Below are positions 25,070 through 37,849 of a DNA stretch of 64,000 nucleotides, piece after piece. The translations under genes were made by a program, and so were the position numbers. The stretch covers positions 3,968,001 through 4,032,000 of the forward strand of contig JAQFVV010000001.1 in NCBI GenBank assembly GCA_028023455.1, written 5' to 3'. Positions within the stretch are counted from its first letter, which is position 1; each line of letters opens with the position of its first letter. A model generated the notes under the pieces. It worked only from the letters and a program-made list of their open reading frames with translations. It did not search any database and had not been told where the DNA came from. Origin of the DNA: Epiperipatus broadwayi. Lineage: Eukaryota; Animalia; Onychophora.

Positions 25070-26819
25070 CACCTAGGTGTCATTTTATGTAGTAGATATG
25101 TTCCTCAGAAAATGTGCACAAAAGAAATTGCACAAAAATAGACTTAACTTACCTTGAAAAATGGGGGATACGTACTGTAATTTTCCAAAAATCGCATAAG
25201 AGCAAAGCAACAACGTAAAATTACTTTAAAATTCGCATGAAAAAAAAAATAAGAAAATAAAATATGACTAATAAAAAATTTCAAATTTGAAAAAAATTGA
25301 TACAAAATAAACTTTTTTTATTAACTACAGTATTTAATTTTATTCAAAACAATATATTTTTATGCATAATTTACATTTTTTTCATACATGTATGGTATTT
25401 TAATAATTATTGCTATTTGAGACATCAGATTCGTCATGATGTGATATGATGTGAGGTACTGTAGTTTCTTAAACGAAGTCAAGAGGAAATACAACTAAAA
25501 CATTTTCCAATTGCTGTTCATCCTTCCCATTTTGCTAAGTGATCTAAAACTGAAATTTTTGTTTACAAAGAAATTCATTTTCTTGGGTGCTTTTTTCTCT
25601 CCATTAGAGTAAACTAAAAGTTTAAAATAAAAATAAGAACTTAGACTTATGATAATAAAAAGACACCGACTCACCACTGTTGGGCAAAATTTAATTAAAA
25701 CTAACAATTAAATTCTTATTTTTGTCTTTATTTTTTTAATTTTCAATTCCATTTAAAAATCAAATTTCATTGTTTCACATCATCTTAATTTCAGATCACT
25801 TACGTAATTTTTAAATTGTTAATTACAATTAAAAATCAGATTTTAATTGTCAAATTTAATTGTGCCCACCACTGTTACTCACCTTTTAAAAATAAACTTG
25901 CAGACACTAAATGATTAATTGATTAGTACTCTTTTTATAAAAAGCAAAATAGAACGTGATTTAAAATGCAAAAACAACAACATACATAACTGTATTTTTA
26001 TATTGGACTATTTCCATCATCTAATATGTGTGTTGAATGTCTTTAGAAAAGTTTAATTTTATTTAAATATTCTAAATGTATTCAACTGTTAGTAATATCA
26101 CAGCAAACAGGTTAGTATATACACCAACTGTTAGTAATATCACAGCAAACTGTTAGTATTATCACAGCAACCAGGTTAGTACAGTGCATATACTAACCTG
26201 TTTGCTGTGATATTACTAACAGTTGTTTGCTGTAATATTACTAACAGTTGGTGATATACTAACCTGTTTGCTGTGATATTACTAACAGTTGAATGCATTT
26301 GGAATATTTAAATAAAATTAAACTTTTCTAAAGACATTCAACACACATATTAGATGATGGAAATAGTCCAATATAAAAATACAGCTAGAACACCATCATC
26401 ACAAACCTTTAGAAAAACAATAACATACATAGTATTTTTCATCTATAATGTTTGAACAGTTTTACCCTATAGTCTTGTAAAATTTAATGTGTGTATATAA
26501 AATGGGGAAATCCTGATTTTAAGTGAATTATAAACTTCTTTATTGCATAAAATCTATTACAGTACTATTATAAAGTGCTGAAAATATTGAAATTATTAGA
26601 AGGAAGTCGAACTCCAATAATGTGCTGTTACTTTAAATATGACATGAGTGCGTGAAATTTATAATATTTAAAGTAATAGCGCATTATCGGAGCTCGACTT
26701 CTGATCTAATAACTTTTATCGCATAAAAGAAAACCGCATACAAAGATATTAAGAAGAAACATGAATCGCATAACTTCAAAATCGCATTAAATAAATCCAC
26801 ATAAAACGAGACCCGGGTG
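25070..26819. mobile_element. Tigger/pogo-type (Tc1-mariner) non-autonomous element
   Basis: Right TIR cacataaaacgagacccgggtg and CpG-decayed left TIR cacctaggtgtcattttatgt; TA at 25068-25069; repeated aatcgcata subterminal motifs. Confidence 0.7.
25990..26384. repeat. Near-perfect 395-bp palindrome with internal ~21-25-bp subrepeats
   Basis: 25990-26180 pairs with 26190-26384; the core unit aactgttagtaatatcacagca occurs three times per arm. Confidence 0.95.
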
Positions 26820-27299
26820 CACATATATTATATTTAAAGATTAATTTTGAAATTTTTAAAAAAATTGTATTTCTTTTTATTGATTTGAAAAAATGTAAGA
26901 CTTGTTTTTATAATAAATAAAAAAACATTTCTTAGGGTAATTTAATTAAAGTTGTTTATCAAATCTTTTAATTAAAGATTAAACAATGTCAATTTGTTAT
27001 TTCAATAACAAATTAATTATCTTATATTTTTGTTGTTTTTATTGTAGAATGTAGCTTAAAATGGGCTGTATTAGCTATGTGACTGAAAGAATGCTATCAA
27101 AGAAATCCTTTCTCAAGTATGTCTACTAGTTACATGGATACTTTTATTAAAATTAATTACAAACTTTACGAAGTTCTGTGTGGATAAAGAAATTATTATG
27201 GCTCAACTTAACTTTATGTAATGGACTTGTCCAGATTTCGATCTTAATTGAATTTGGCATTCATTGTTACAAACCAAAAATGTATGTATAGATTAAATA

Positions 27300-30200
27300 T
27301 AATCAATGATAGAAACCGGCCAATAAATGAAAATGCTAAATGAATCCGATTGCTCTCATTAAAGAAGGATCTTGGTTATAAACTAGCATTCCATTTGGAG
27401 GCAGATCCAGTAACAACAAATTACATTGGTTGCCTATACCTGATAGTAGAAGTGACATATTCACAGTTGAACTGAAGCTATTTTGATACCAAACCTGACA
27501 TGGGGCAAGCTTCTACAGTATAGCTGGATTATTAGGCACACTTAGAAGTCTCTTGCTTCAATAGTTGAATGACAACTAGACATTACACCTAGCCAATGGT
27601 ATTGGGTAAATAGTATGCCAGATGTTTATGTAAATATGTAATGTATATAAGTTTTTAATAAAATATTTAATCATGTTGTGCAGATCTATGTATTTTGTCC
27701 AGTCATCAGTTTGGCCCTCAAGATTTGAAGATAATTGCTGCAGATGATCAGTTCTGTGATAACAGATTTTTTACCTTTCCTCAGTAAATTTATTATGGCA
27801 AAAATCAGTTCATTTGAGGGATTCATTCCAGGGTATTCAAAAAAATTGGTCATCCTATATGGATCAATACTCTTCTATCTTTAAGCAAATCAAACTTAAA
27901 AAATCTGAAGTTAGTGACATTCATTATGCTTTGCAGGGAAAGACATGAAATCTTGCATTCACAGTCAGTGCCTGTGCTTTTGTAAAAGCCTGATTTTGAC
28001 AAAGCTCCACCTCTAATGTCAGTTTTTTTGTCCCAACTCCCTAATTATAATGCAGTGATATAATTTCAATCTCTGTATTCATGGGGAGGGGGAGAGAGAT
28101 TTTACCATAAAGCTCAGGAAACTAACATTGAGCTATGGCTTCAGGGATTTCTTAAATGAAGTGCTAAGAGATTGTTTCATCAGAAAAATGTAGATCACAA
28201 TCTCAGAGGCAAATTGTTAATGGACCCAAATATTACGTTTGAGACAGTGGTCTGGCAAGCAACTCTGGATTAATTTATAGTGATCCAGACCAATTTCAGG
28301 ATTAAATTGTTAATGAATCCAAAACACAGTATCAAGATCACCACATTAAATAAAAATAGTCCTAGTATTAAAGCTGTGGATCAGAAATTCATATTGTTAA
28401 AAGCCTTTTCCATTCAGATCAAGTTTAAAGGAGCTACTAGGGATAATAATTTTGGGAAAGTTTGTTACAGATGAAACAAATTCAAACACACAAACACACA
28501 CACAACATATTAGAAATACATTTTGAAAAGTTCATAAATGTATTGTGCATATAAAAAAATCTGCTTGTTTTAAGAAAAACAAGCATCAAGATAGCAAAAA
28601 AGGAATGGAAAAGTTCTTTCTAAACAACCCAAATGAGTGAAACAAAATTGTTTTAGAGATAATATCAATAATGCTAAATGCTTGAATTGCATGGACTCAG
28701 TCTTTAAAATCCATATTATTATTATTACTTTTATGCATACTTCAGAGAAACTGGATTCTGGATCTGCAGTTGCCATTATGGTGAAAGCTATCTAGGCTAT
28801 TATTAACAAAATAAACAAATAAATAAACATCAACTGAAAAACTAACAGTGAAACAATTATTAATTATCAAGACTATCAAATCCTCTCTTGGGGAAAGAAA
28901 AGGTAGAAATCACTATGCCAAGGAAAATCTTTATATCTGCCCCTGCTTGGATCAGCAGATAAACATTGCAATTGTATAGACCATAATTGGTTCTATCACT
29001 TAGGATGGGCCATGGTCAAAGTGAAACATATCCCAAATGTAGGCAAATTGAAAAGTGATTGCCCAGAAGTGTTTAATAATACACTGGGTCTGTACATAGA
29101 ACCCACAGACCACTTATTAATAAATAAAAATTAAAAACTGATGAGTTGCTGCTGCAGATAATTACAATTGGCCTTAAGAGCTAAGATGAAAGCTAAAGTC
29201 TGATAAATGGCAGGCTGCTGGAATCATTGAGTCCACAACCTTATCAGAATAGGCCATCTCAACTATACCAATTATCAAAAAAGAATGGTGATGTGTGGTG
29301 CTGTGGTGATTATTGATGGACAGTCAATAAAGCACTGGCAGTTGATAATTATCCATCAACATCATCAGCCCAACAGATCCTATCCACTTTGTCTGGTAGA
29401 AGGATCTTCAAACATTGATTTGAGATTAGCTTACTTGTAGTTAGTAGATGAATCAGTTATTGTTTGGTACATCTATAGCATTAGCAATATTTCAGAGAGA
29501 TGTCAACCAATTAGCTGCAGGAATACCTGAACTCTTGCAAAACATCAGAACAATTCTTGGTTTTCAAGAAAATTTTAGACAAGTTTAACCTTTATACATG
29601 TGATGTTGCCAATGAGAAAGTATTGTTTAGTGGCAATTATTCTCCGAGACCACTGCCTGTTTTAAAATCTGATATGTTAAGAAGCAATGATTGGCACAAG
29701 TTGACCAATGATAATTTAATGTTATGGATTATCACAAAATATTGTTTTGAATAAATTAACAAAATTATAGTTGAAAGCAGGCATGAATTTGACTCCTTGT
29801 TTATTCACAAGAAAACTAATTTTCTTGGCATATTTAGCCTGTAGGTTGAAAGCCAACATTCAGCATTTATTGTAAATATCTGGAAGAGTATCTAGGATGT
29901 GCCACATTTTTCGAAGTCTATGCTCATATTTTTTCAAGAATATCTTGCAACCCTTAATATATTTTTTGTTAAGCAAGAGAGATTTGAGCTCTGATGTAAT
30001 TTTATCTCAGTTGTAAATAAACCATGCAATATAAATTATGGCAACAGTTAAGAAAACTTTTATGCATATAGCAGGTTTGAGAATTTTAATTCTTTCTTTT
30101 AACATGTAGATTGACTTCAAGATTTTAAACATTATCTTATGCTTTTGATAAAGATCCATTTTGTGAAAATGTAAAAATATAACACTTTTAAATGCTTTTT

Positions 30201-31200
30201 CTCTGAAACTATAATATAAGTAAAAGATACAAATAACATATTGAGAGCAAAGCTTTATTAGTGCAAACAATTATGAAGGTTCGAGCATGCTTTTAACTGG
30301 ACTCCATCATAGATGTAGACTAAATCCAGTTGAAAGCATGCTCAGTCCTTCATAATTGTCTGCACTAATAAAGCTTTGTTCTCAATATATTGTTTGTATT
30401 ATTTACTTATATTACAATTTCAGAAGAAGTATTATATTTTTAGACAAATTTACAGCTTTAAACATTAAGATAAGTCTAGAAATATTTCATGTTTAAGATG
30501 AAAGAAGTTGAATTTTTTGGATATAGGATAAATGCATCCAACAGAAAAAAGATTAAAATAATCAAAGAAATAAAATCTCTTGTGAATCTTTTCTGGGCTT
30601 TATGACAATTTTCTATATTATAAAACCGAGACTGTTGAACTACTATAGAGATTGTTGGATTAAAATGTTGTTTGGAAAGTGGAACAGTAAGAATGATAGA
30701 ACTTCTGAAAAATTGAAAGATATATTATCAGACCAAGTAATATTAGCACACTATGACCCAATAGAGTGCTGGTATTAATTTGTTATGCATCACCAGTAGG
30801 AATGGGTCCACTGCTGTCCAGGAAAAATGAGGGACACTTTCTCATTGCATTTGTATCAAAGAATTTCTCAGAAGATAATAAAAATTATGCTCAGATTGGC
30901 AGTTGTAAGAAAATGAGATTCATTAAAACAAAAGAACCTCAGAGAGGATTCTGGATCCTATTGCTTACAAAATTGCTGATGCAGAATAGTAATGAGAAAT
31001 TGTTGCAACCACATGAAATCCTGAAAATATTATTGTATTTTTTCATCAATCAGGATCTTATGGATTGTTTATCTCTATTTTCAGATAATTATAAGAATCA
31101 GAATGTGTCATCTCATGAAACCTCTAGAAGCTTCAAAAGAACTCCCAAAATAAAAAAAGCACCAGTCTGAAAGTACATTTGCCACATAAATTATGCAGAT
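27300..31200 (+). mobile_element. Heavily decayed Gypsy/Ty3 LTR retrotransposon (gag-pol remnant)
   Basis: gag from 27795 (FEGFIPG..WSSY..; LRKL...F.DFLNEVLRD.F); protease LDSGSAVAI at ~28750; RT IPIIKKNGDV..CGDY..TVNKAL at ~29270; KEVEFFGY at ~30500; RNase H AHYDP..LIC.ASPVG.G..L..IAF.SK....NYAQI at 30740-30900. Confidence 0.8.
30172..30441. repeat. Fold-back insertion inside the Gypsy RT, with a decayed HHR-like motif
   Basis: Arms 30172-30303 / 30325-30441; right arm reads tagatgt-a-gact(aaatcc)agtt-gaaa-gcatgc-tc-agtcc with a palindromic stem III. Confidence 0.8.
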
Positions 31201-31411
31201 TGGTGAAGAGTTAATTTATTTATTCATTATATAAGTGTGTTAACATTTTGCAAAGTTTTTTTTAAATAATCAAGAAAGTAACATAAATTTGGTAACAAGA
31301 AGATATCATGATTGAATGAACAATCATTTCTCTCTACAGTAATTGACAATGGTAGATAGTATTAATAAAAAAACTTTATAACTGCAAAAATTTTAAAGAA
31401 TTACATATATA

Positions 31412-31692
31412 TAATTAAGGGGATTTGAACCCAGACTTTCAAGCTGTCTTCAACTATACAATCTATCTCATACAACCAATGCACATGACCACACAAATGT
31501 GAAAAAGATAAATGGTCTCCAATATATGATTTTCATGCTGAGCTAGCACTCATCACATCATCCCCACACATATATACAATTAGTGCTTATATATTGGAGA
31601 TCATTTATCTTTTTCACATGTATGTAATCATGTATATCGGTTGTATGAAGTTAGATTGGATAGTTGAAGAGAGTTCAAAATCCCCTATAATT
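31412..31692. repeat. Imperfect inverted repeat with a Pol III B-box-like motif
   Basis: 31412-31527 pairs with 31589-31692; ggggatttgaaccc is the reverse complement of gggttcaaatcccc. Confidence 0.75.
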
Positions 31693-34600
31693 TACATCTA
31701 AACTCCAGAGATATAAAGTATACCTGTATTTATATATATAACTGATTGATAATGTAAATAAGTTTAGAAAAAAAATTAAGTACTTCATAGTCAAATGAAT
31801 ATAAGTATAAAATAGACCCCTTATTTCATATCTATTTTCTTTTTGGATTAATTTATATACTATATCTAATCAGTCTTTGTCAAACAAACGAAGTAATTAT
31901 TTGAGAGGTGATTTGATAGGGATCAATTAAGTTTTCTTTTATATATATATAATATATTGATAGTCTGTCATTGTTAATAGTATGAAAATACTATAATAGA
32001 GAATAAAAATAAATTAAATAACCCGAGTATACATTTGATGTGGGTGCTTCTTAATCATGATTGTTCTGGTAATTTGAATACTATTACCTATTTGGTTTAT
32101 TATATCTTCATTTTGTGCCATAAACCATGTCTCTTTGATTTTACATTTTTAAATTTACTTTCTTTGCACATTATCTTGACAAAACATTAAAATCAAAACT
32201 GCGTCCATATTCCCTTTGATAGTTGTAAAATGCTGATACATTTGTTGAATTAGTCTTGGATTTTTTGTACTAAATTATGTTTTATCAAACTTGTTCTCAA
32301 TTTGATTTTGTCTCAGCATAGTTGATATAGGATAGTCTGTTTGGCTGCATTCCACCACACACACAACATTAGGTCAATCCAATTTGCATATTTTATACTT
32401 AAATCATCACCTAAACAATATCAATACAGTCCATCTCAATCTAATAAATCCACTATTTTATTGTATTAATGAACTTATTTATTTAATGATTAAATTATGG
32501 TGAATCCTTTCTTCTTTCCAAAACATTTGAACTCTGCACACATTATATAAGAATATTGTTATGTTTAAACTGAATTTAGTGCATAGGGTAATATAAAGAG
32601 AATTATATTTGAGGTATTAAATCTCACTATAAAACCAGCCAATATAAGAGGTTAAATTCTAGTGCTCTCAAAAGGTAATTAATCTTAGTTCTATCCCTAA
32701 AATTAAATAGAGTTAATTTTATTCAATATCACCAGAAAGATCTTATTACTTACTGAAAAATGAAATGGTGACTTAACGTATGTAAATATTTTATGGCACA
32801 TGCTTTACATATAATTTGTTTGCAAAAAATTTTCATGACCCATGGAAAACTAGTGAAGTTTTTAGTTATATTTGATAATAATTATTTTTTATTAATTACT
32901 TATTTTTATCATTACCTAAATATAGACAATTAGTTTTAGATAATGTTATCAAAATTCATGTGCATAAAGCAAATTATATATTTAGTTACTTGGAAGCTCA
33001 TGTGTAATTTGAATGGACATTTTTAGGAATAATATTTTTTTAAGAATTCTGCTAGTCATATAAATGCCCTTTGCACTTACCACAGTGGTAGAACAAAATG
33101 TACTCATAAGCTAAAAATTCGAGATGAAGGATTAGAAGGTTAACATACAAATTTCAATAAGAACAAGAAAAAATAATCATATGGATAATAGCTATTCATA
33201 AAGTCATGTGATGCTCAAGCATCCAAATGATGGATTAATCACAAAAATTTTCGTTAAATTTTCCAATGTGATATATATATTATTCAGCTGAGAATCTATT
33301 CAGAAAGTTTTAGCTCTTTAGTTTACCATACTGCCACAATGCAAAAGGCATAATTAAAGTCCATGCACATTTTTTTAAAATAAATAAACACTGTAAAAAG
33401 GGTAATAGCTATAATTTATATATTTTTAAGAAAATAATGTTTCTTTTATAACAATGAAGTTTTAAAACGAATCCTTCCTTCTATAATGGAAGCAAGCAGC
33501 GAGTGTAATTTTGGGAAGATTATGATATCGATAATATTAATTCTCTTAACCAAAGATAATTTTAAAACATCTTTCAAATTAAATTAGTACTTTAAAGAAA
33601 AGCTTTATTATTTTTTCTTCCTCTGAAGAAAAAAGTAACTTGAAAGTAATAAATATAATTGTGAGTTTTCTTTAGAAATGCAATTAAATACAGACATTTT
33701 GTTTACAATAGAACAAAAGAAATAAAACCAGTTTTATGTGAAAAATACTTTACAAAGCTATTTCAAAAATTTAGATAACTGCTTTTAATAGAAAATTTGC
33801 TTAGTCTACTTAAAATTGATTTACTTTTCTGTGTGCTGTATTTATTTACCCATATACCTATGTATGGGAACAGACATCCAAGTTTATAATCCATGCATAT
33901 TTAATTTACTAACACATATTTCTTAATCATATAAAATTCTCATCTAGCTTATTTTTTTCTTTAAGACTAATGCAAACTTAACATATTTTTTTTGTGAATT
34001 TCTCCATGCCCGTATGAACCTATATATCTTAATCTTAAAAATAATTTTCTTTCTAAACATTATTGATACAGTTGATTGATTCCTGTTATTATTTTATGTA
34101 GCTACTTATTTAAACTATTTCAATAATAAATAACTTTTTTTTGTTTATTTGTAAATTGAGTTCAATATTTCTGGTTACCCCCAAATAAGTTATACAGTTT
34201 CAATAGACCATGCAATATGACGCTAACGTTTTATTTTATGTGGGGATAAACATTTAAATGATAATAAGAAAATAAACAATTTTTAAGTCTTGAATTGCTT
34301 CCAATTTTGAATCTACTTTTGGATCAGATCTTCGTCCAATTTATTTTATTCTAAAGCCATCTATTGTCAATTTCGGTAATTCATGGATGTTAAATTCAAT
34401 CATTCAAACTAATTTTTGTAATCACTTTATATCAATTTTGAATCTATTTAAACTTACATTTTTAGAAATACTTTGTCAAACTTATTTAAATTTAATGCAG
34501 TAGATAAAATCTCATCTAAGTAAAATAATGAAGATAATAATAACAATAGTTTGTCAAGTGAGTGGAACTAATGCATTTAATCTGTCACTTAAACACTGTA

Positions 34601-36136
34601 GAACTCCATAAGCAATTAACTATGTGATTATTGTTTAATGTTTTTTTAAACAGGATATTTTTAGCTAGTCAACTCATAATCAAGCTTGCTAACTATCTAA
34701 TATTGGTCAATTAATAGGCTCCTGGAAAATTATAAAGATCAACTGAGCTTAGGAAAATATATTAATTTTTGTAAAATAATATGTTATTTTATAAATTTGG
34801 TTTAAATACATTTTGGATGTTTCTAACTTTTTTTATTATCATCGAATAATAAAAAAGTAATTGAAAGGTTTGTTGTTCAGGAAACTTATGACATTCAAAC
34901 AATGAAAGTAAGAGAACTGAATTGTGATTCATGAATTTTAAACTTCAAGATCCAATACTATATGGACCATATTCAATCAATGTGTGAGTTATATAATTTC
35001 ATGTTACACTATTTTTTTTTAAAAAAAAAACAACTTTTTATGAATGTGAGTGATGTAAGGGATTTTGCTTTGGATTTAGAATACTAATGTAAACAATGAA
35101 AGCACCGATTTAGTCCTCTAGTGGCTAGTTATCCGAATCTGTCTTTGAACAGAGAATTTAACAAACATGTCAATGAAAAAGTGTACTGTAAATGATCACA
35201 TATTGCTGAAAAGCTGCACTTCATAATTTATTAGATATTAATTCAAAATGATTTTGAGAAGTGCAAAGAATAATTTTGTGTACATATATAATTTATAAGT
35301 TGCACTAATCTCGGATTATGTAATATTCTTACATAATGTATTAATTACAAAAATTTTAAATGATTTACATCATTTTAGCAATTATATATCTAATATGTTA
35401 TTAAATACTGTCTATACTATACTAGTAATGATTAAACACATAACATTACAAGGCTAGCCAAAAAACACAGTTTTACTAAAATTATCTCACAACCATGGTT
35501 TCATCTATTAATAAATAAACCTTCTCAAGCAAAATTCATACATATATATATATGTTATTCGTATCTAGTTGAATTTTATTTGAGAAGATCAATTTGTTAA
35601 AAGATGAAATCATGGTCATGAGAGAATTTTAATAAAGATTTTATTTTTTGACCAGTATTGTAACGTTATATAATTTTCTATTTTAGCTAACATGTTATAT
35701 ATTGTACAACACAACATGCAAAGAATAACAGTTTGAGATGATGAATGCAGATTAAAAATTCTAAAAATTTATATATAATCATGTTGTATGTATATTTACT
35801 AGTTCAATAGAACATTATTATTATTATTCATACAATAAAATTGTAAGTAAATATAAATAATTATACTTTTAAAGTTCCTTTTTAAATTAATTACTTGATT
35901 TTTTATTCAAAAATTCATTAATGAATCTATAATGTAAAAGATCAGAAAATTATATTACAAAAAAGTGCCTTATATGGTAGCACCAAACATGCAAGCCACT
36001 ACATTAATTAATGTATTAAGCTACATACAAAGTATTCTTAAGTTTTCATAAATCATTCACTTATAAATTTTTAAACATTCCATCAGATTCAAAAAGCTGT
36101 CAAACAGAAACATACTTATTTTAAAGTTTTTTTTAG

Positions 36137-36254
36137 GATTTTATCAATTCATCCATTATCTCAATTTCATTATATCATATCTGTCAATCAGCACAGAAAA
36201 GCAGGCCACCTCTCTCACTATCCATGTATTTTGAGAGGAACTTTTGTTCAACAG
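36137..36254 (+). CDS. Candidate 118-nt coding exon, product unknown
   Basis: gttttttttag|GATTTT...CAACAG|gtgagc; open in two frames, one reading ILSIHPLSQFHYIISVNQHRKAGHLSHYPCILRGTFVQQ. Confidence 0.35.
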
Positions 36255-37195
36255 GTGAGCCTGTAATATTAAGTACCCAAATTTTTATGCCAATACTGAT
36301 AAGCTAATAATTTTTTATTCATCACTTTCATGAAAGGTAGAGACTGTTTCTATTCACTTTTAATATCTTTGTGAAATGGTGAATAATAATTTTTCTGCAG
36401 AGATACATTAGAAGCTTTTTTTATTACTTTAGAAAATAATTTTTCTTATCAATCTTATACTAACATATACTTTTCTATGAAACTAAAAACAATTATAGAT
36501 TAGATTAGACCACTTTATTAGGAAAATTATCAAATTCTAAATTATAACGTGTCAAAGCTAATATTTTTTAAATACATTTTTCATATTACAAAATCTTTGA
36601 AATGTTTTTATAAAAAGTGAAGTCCTTCTTTACTATTTTATGATGAAACTCTGAATTTGAGATGATTGAACAAAATATAATAAGAAACTATAATGATGGC
36701 TTTTTCTCAATTGTTTATAATATCCTATTGCCTAGTTATCCTAATCTGTTTTTATTAGAGAACTTAAAATAGAGTTATTCTTTAATTCATTCCTTAACTA
36801 TAATATTGGAGCTCTAAGATCATAATAGTTTTAAAGTATTTTTAATGCTAAGATTTTGGCATATTGATTTAAAAAATTAATGTAATCTTTCTACACATCA
36901 CAGCATCAAGAGTATTAGTCATCATATTATTACTATTTTTATTTTTGTTTATTAATTTCATTTCTTTAATACAAACAAAATGAGTTCTAAAATTAATCAA
37001 AATGCCATGTACCATTAAAAAAAAAATTGAATAAAGTTTATTATTCCAAGTTTGTTTTTTAATAACAAATTAATTCTTCATGAATAATAAAAATTGCTTT
37101 AACAATTCCTGTATATTCAAAATCAAGAAAATCGATAATTTATTACAAAGAATATATATATAACAACAGAAAAACAAAAATGTAACAGCCATTAA

Positions 37196-37422
37196 AACAC
37201 CACATGATCACCATTTCACATATTTACATGGGCTGTTAACAACCATTATACAATAATCCAAGGCTTCTCACTGATGAAAGTCACAAGCTAGAAAAGTCTG
37301 GGGATATTTTATGAATAGGTACTAGACAGGGATTTTATGCACAAATCTTCTTGCATCCATTGATTACTAAGGCTTTTGCTTGATGGCACTACTGAATGAA
37401 GAGCTTGTTACTGTTGTTAATA
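37196..37422. mobile_element. Family A copy: inverted 3' end + forward HHR-containing piece
   Basis: 37196-37243 inverted tail; 37257-37422 forward copy with ctgatga..gaaa.gtc tggga; imperfect 11-bp flanking repeat acagccattaa / agagccgttaa. Confidence 0.75.
37263..37303 (+). ncRNA. Family A hammerhead motif, damaged stem III
   Basis: gcttctca-ctgatga-aagtcacaagcta-gaaa-agtc-tggga (2-nt loss in the palindrome). Confidence 0.45.
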
Positions 37423-37849
37423 AGAGCCGTTAATAATTACTTTTTACAGAGTTTTGTTTATCTTTCAAGCAATATTTCATACTTCTGATTCAAATTTGTT
37501 AAAATCATGTCTCACTGACAATATTTGATAAATAAAAATATAGAAAAAGGTTTTTATATATTTACAAAACATTTATTTATTTTTTAATCTTAAGATAATG
37601 TTTTTATAATAAAAAAACATACAGAATATAAAGTTTTGACTATTTTAAGCATTATATAAAATTAATAATTAAAAATAAATTATAAAATTGTAATTTTAAA
37701 CCTAATATATTCTTTAAAAGATAAATAATGAAGTTCCTGGTTCCATGGTTTTTTGGGATTTGTGCATTTTTCAAATTTCAAAAATAAATCTTTTAACCTC
37801 CCAATGTAAATTTAAAATCTTCTCAAAATATAAATAAATATTATATTTA

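Noticed and set aside
26085-26290. Regularly repeated ~22-bp units resembling a CRISPR array
   Set aside because: No unique spacers, units are mirrored in a palindrome, no cas genes, and the context is eukaryotic.
33526-33533. TATCGATA (DRE-like) promoter motif
   Set aside because: A single 8-mer in AT-rich DNA with no other support.
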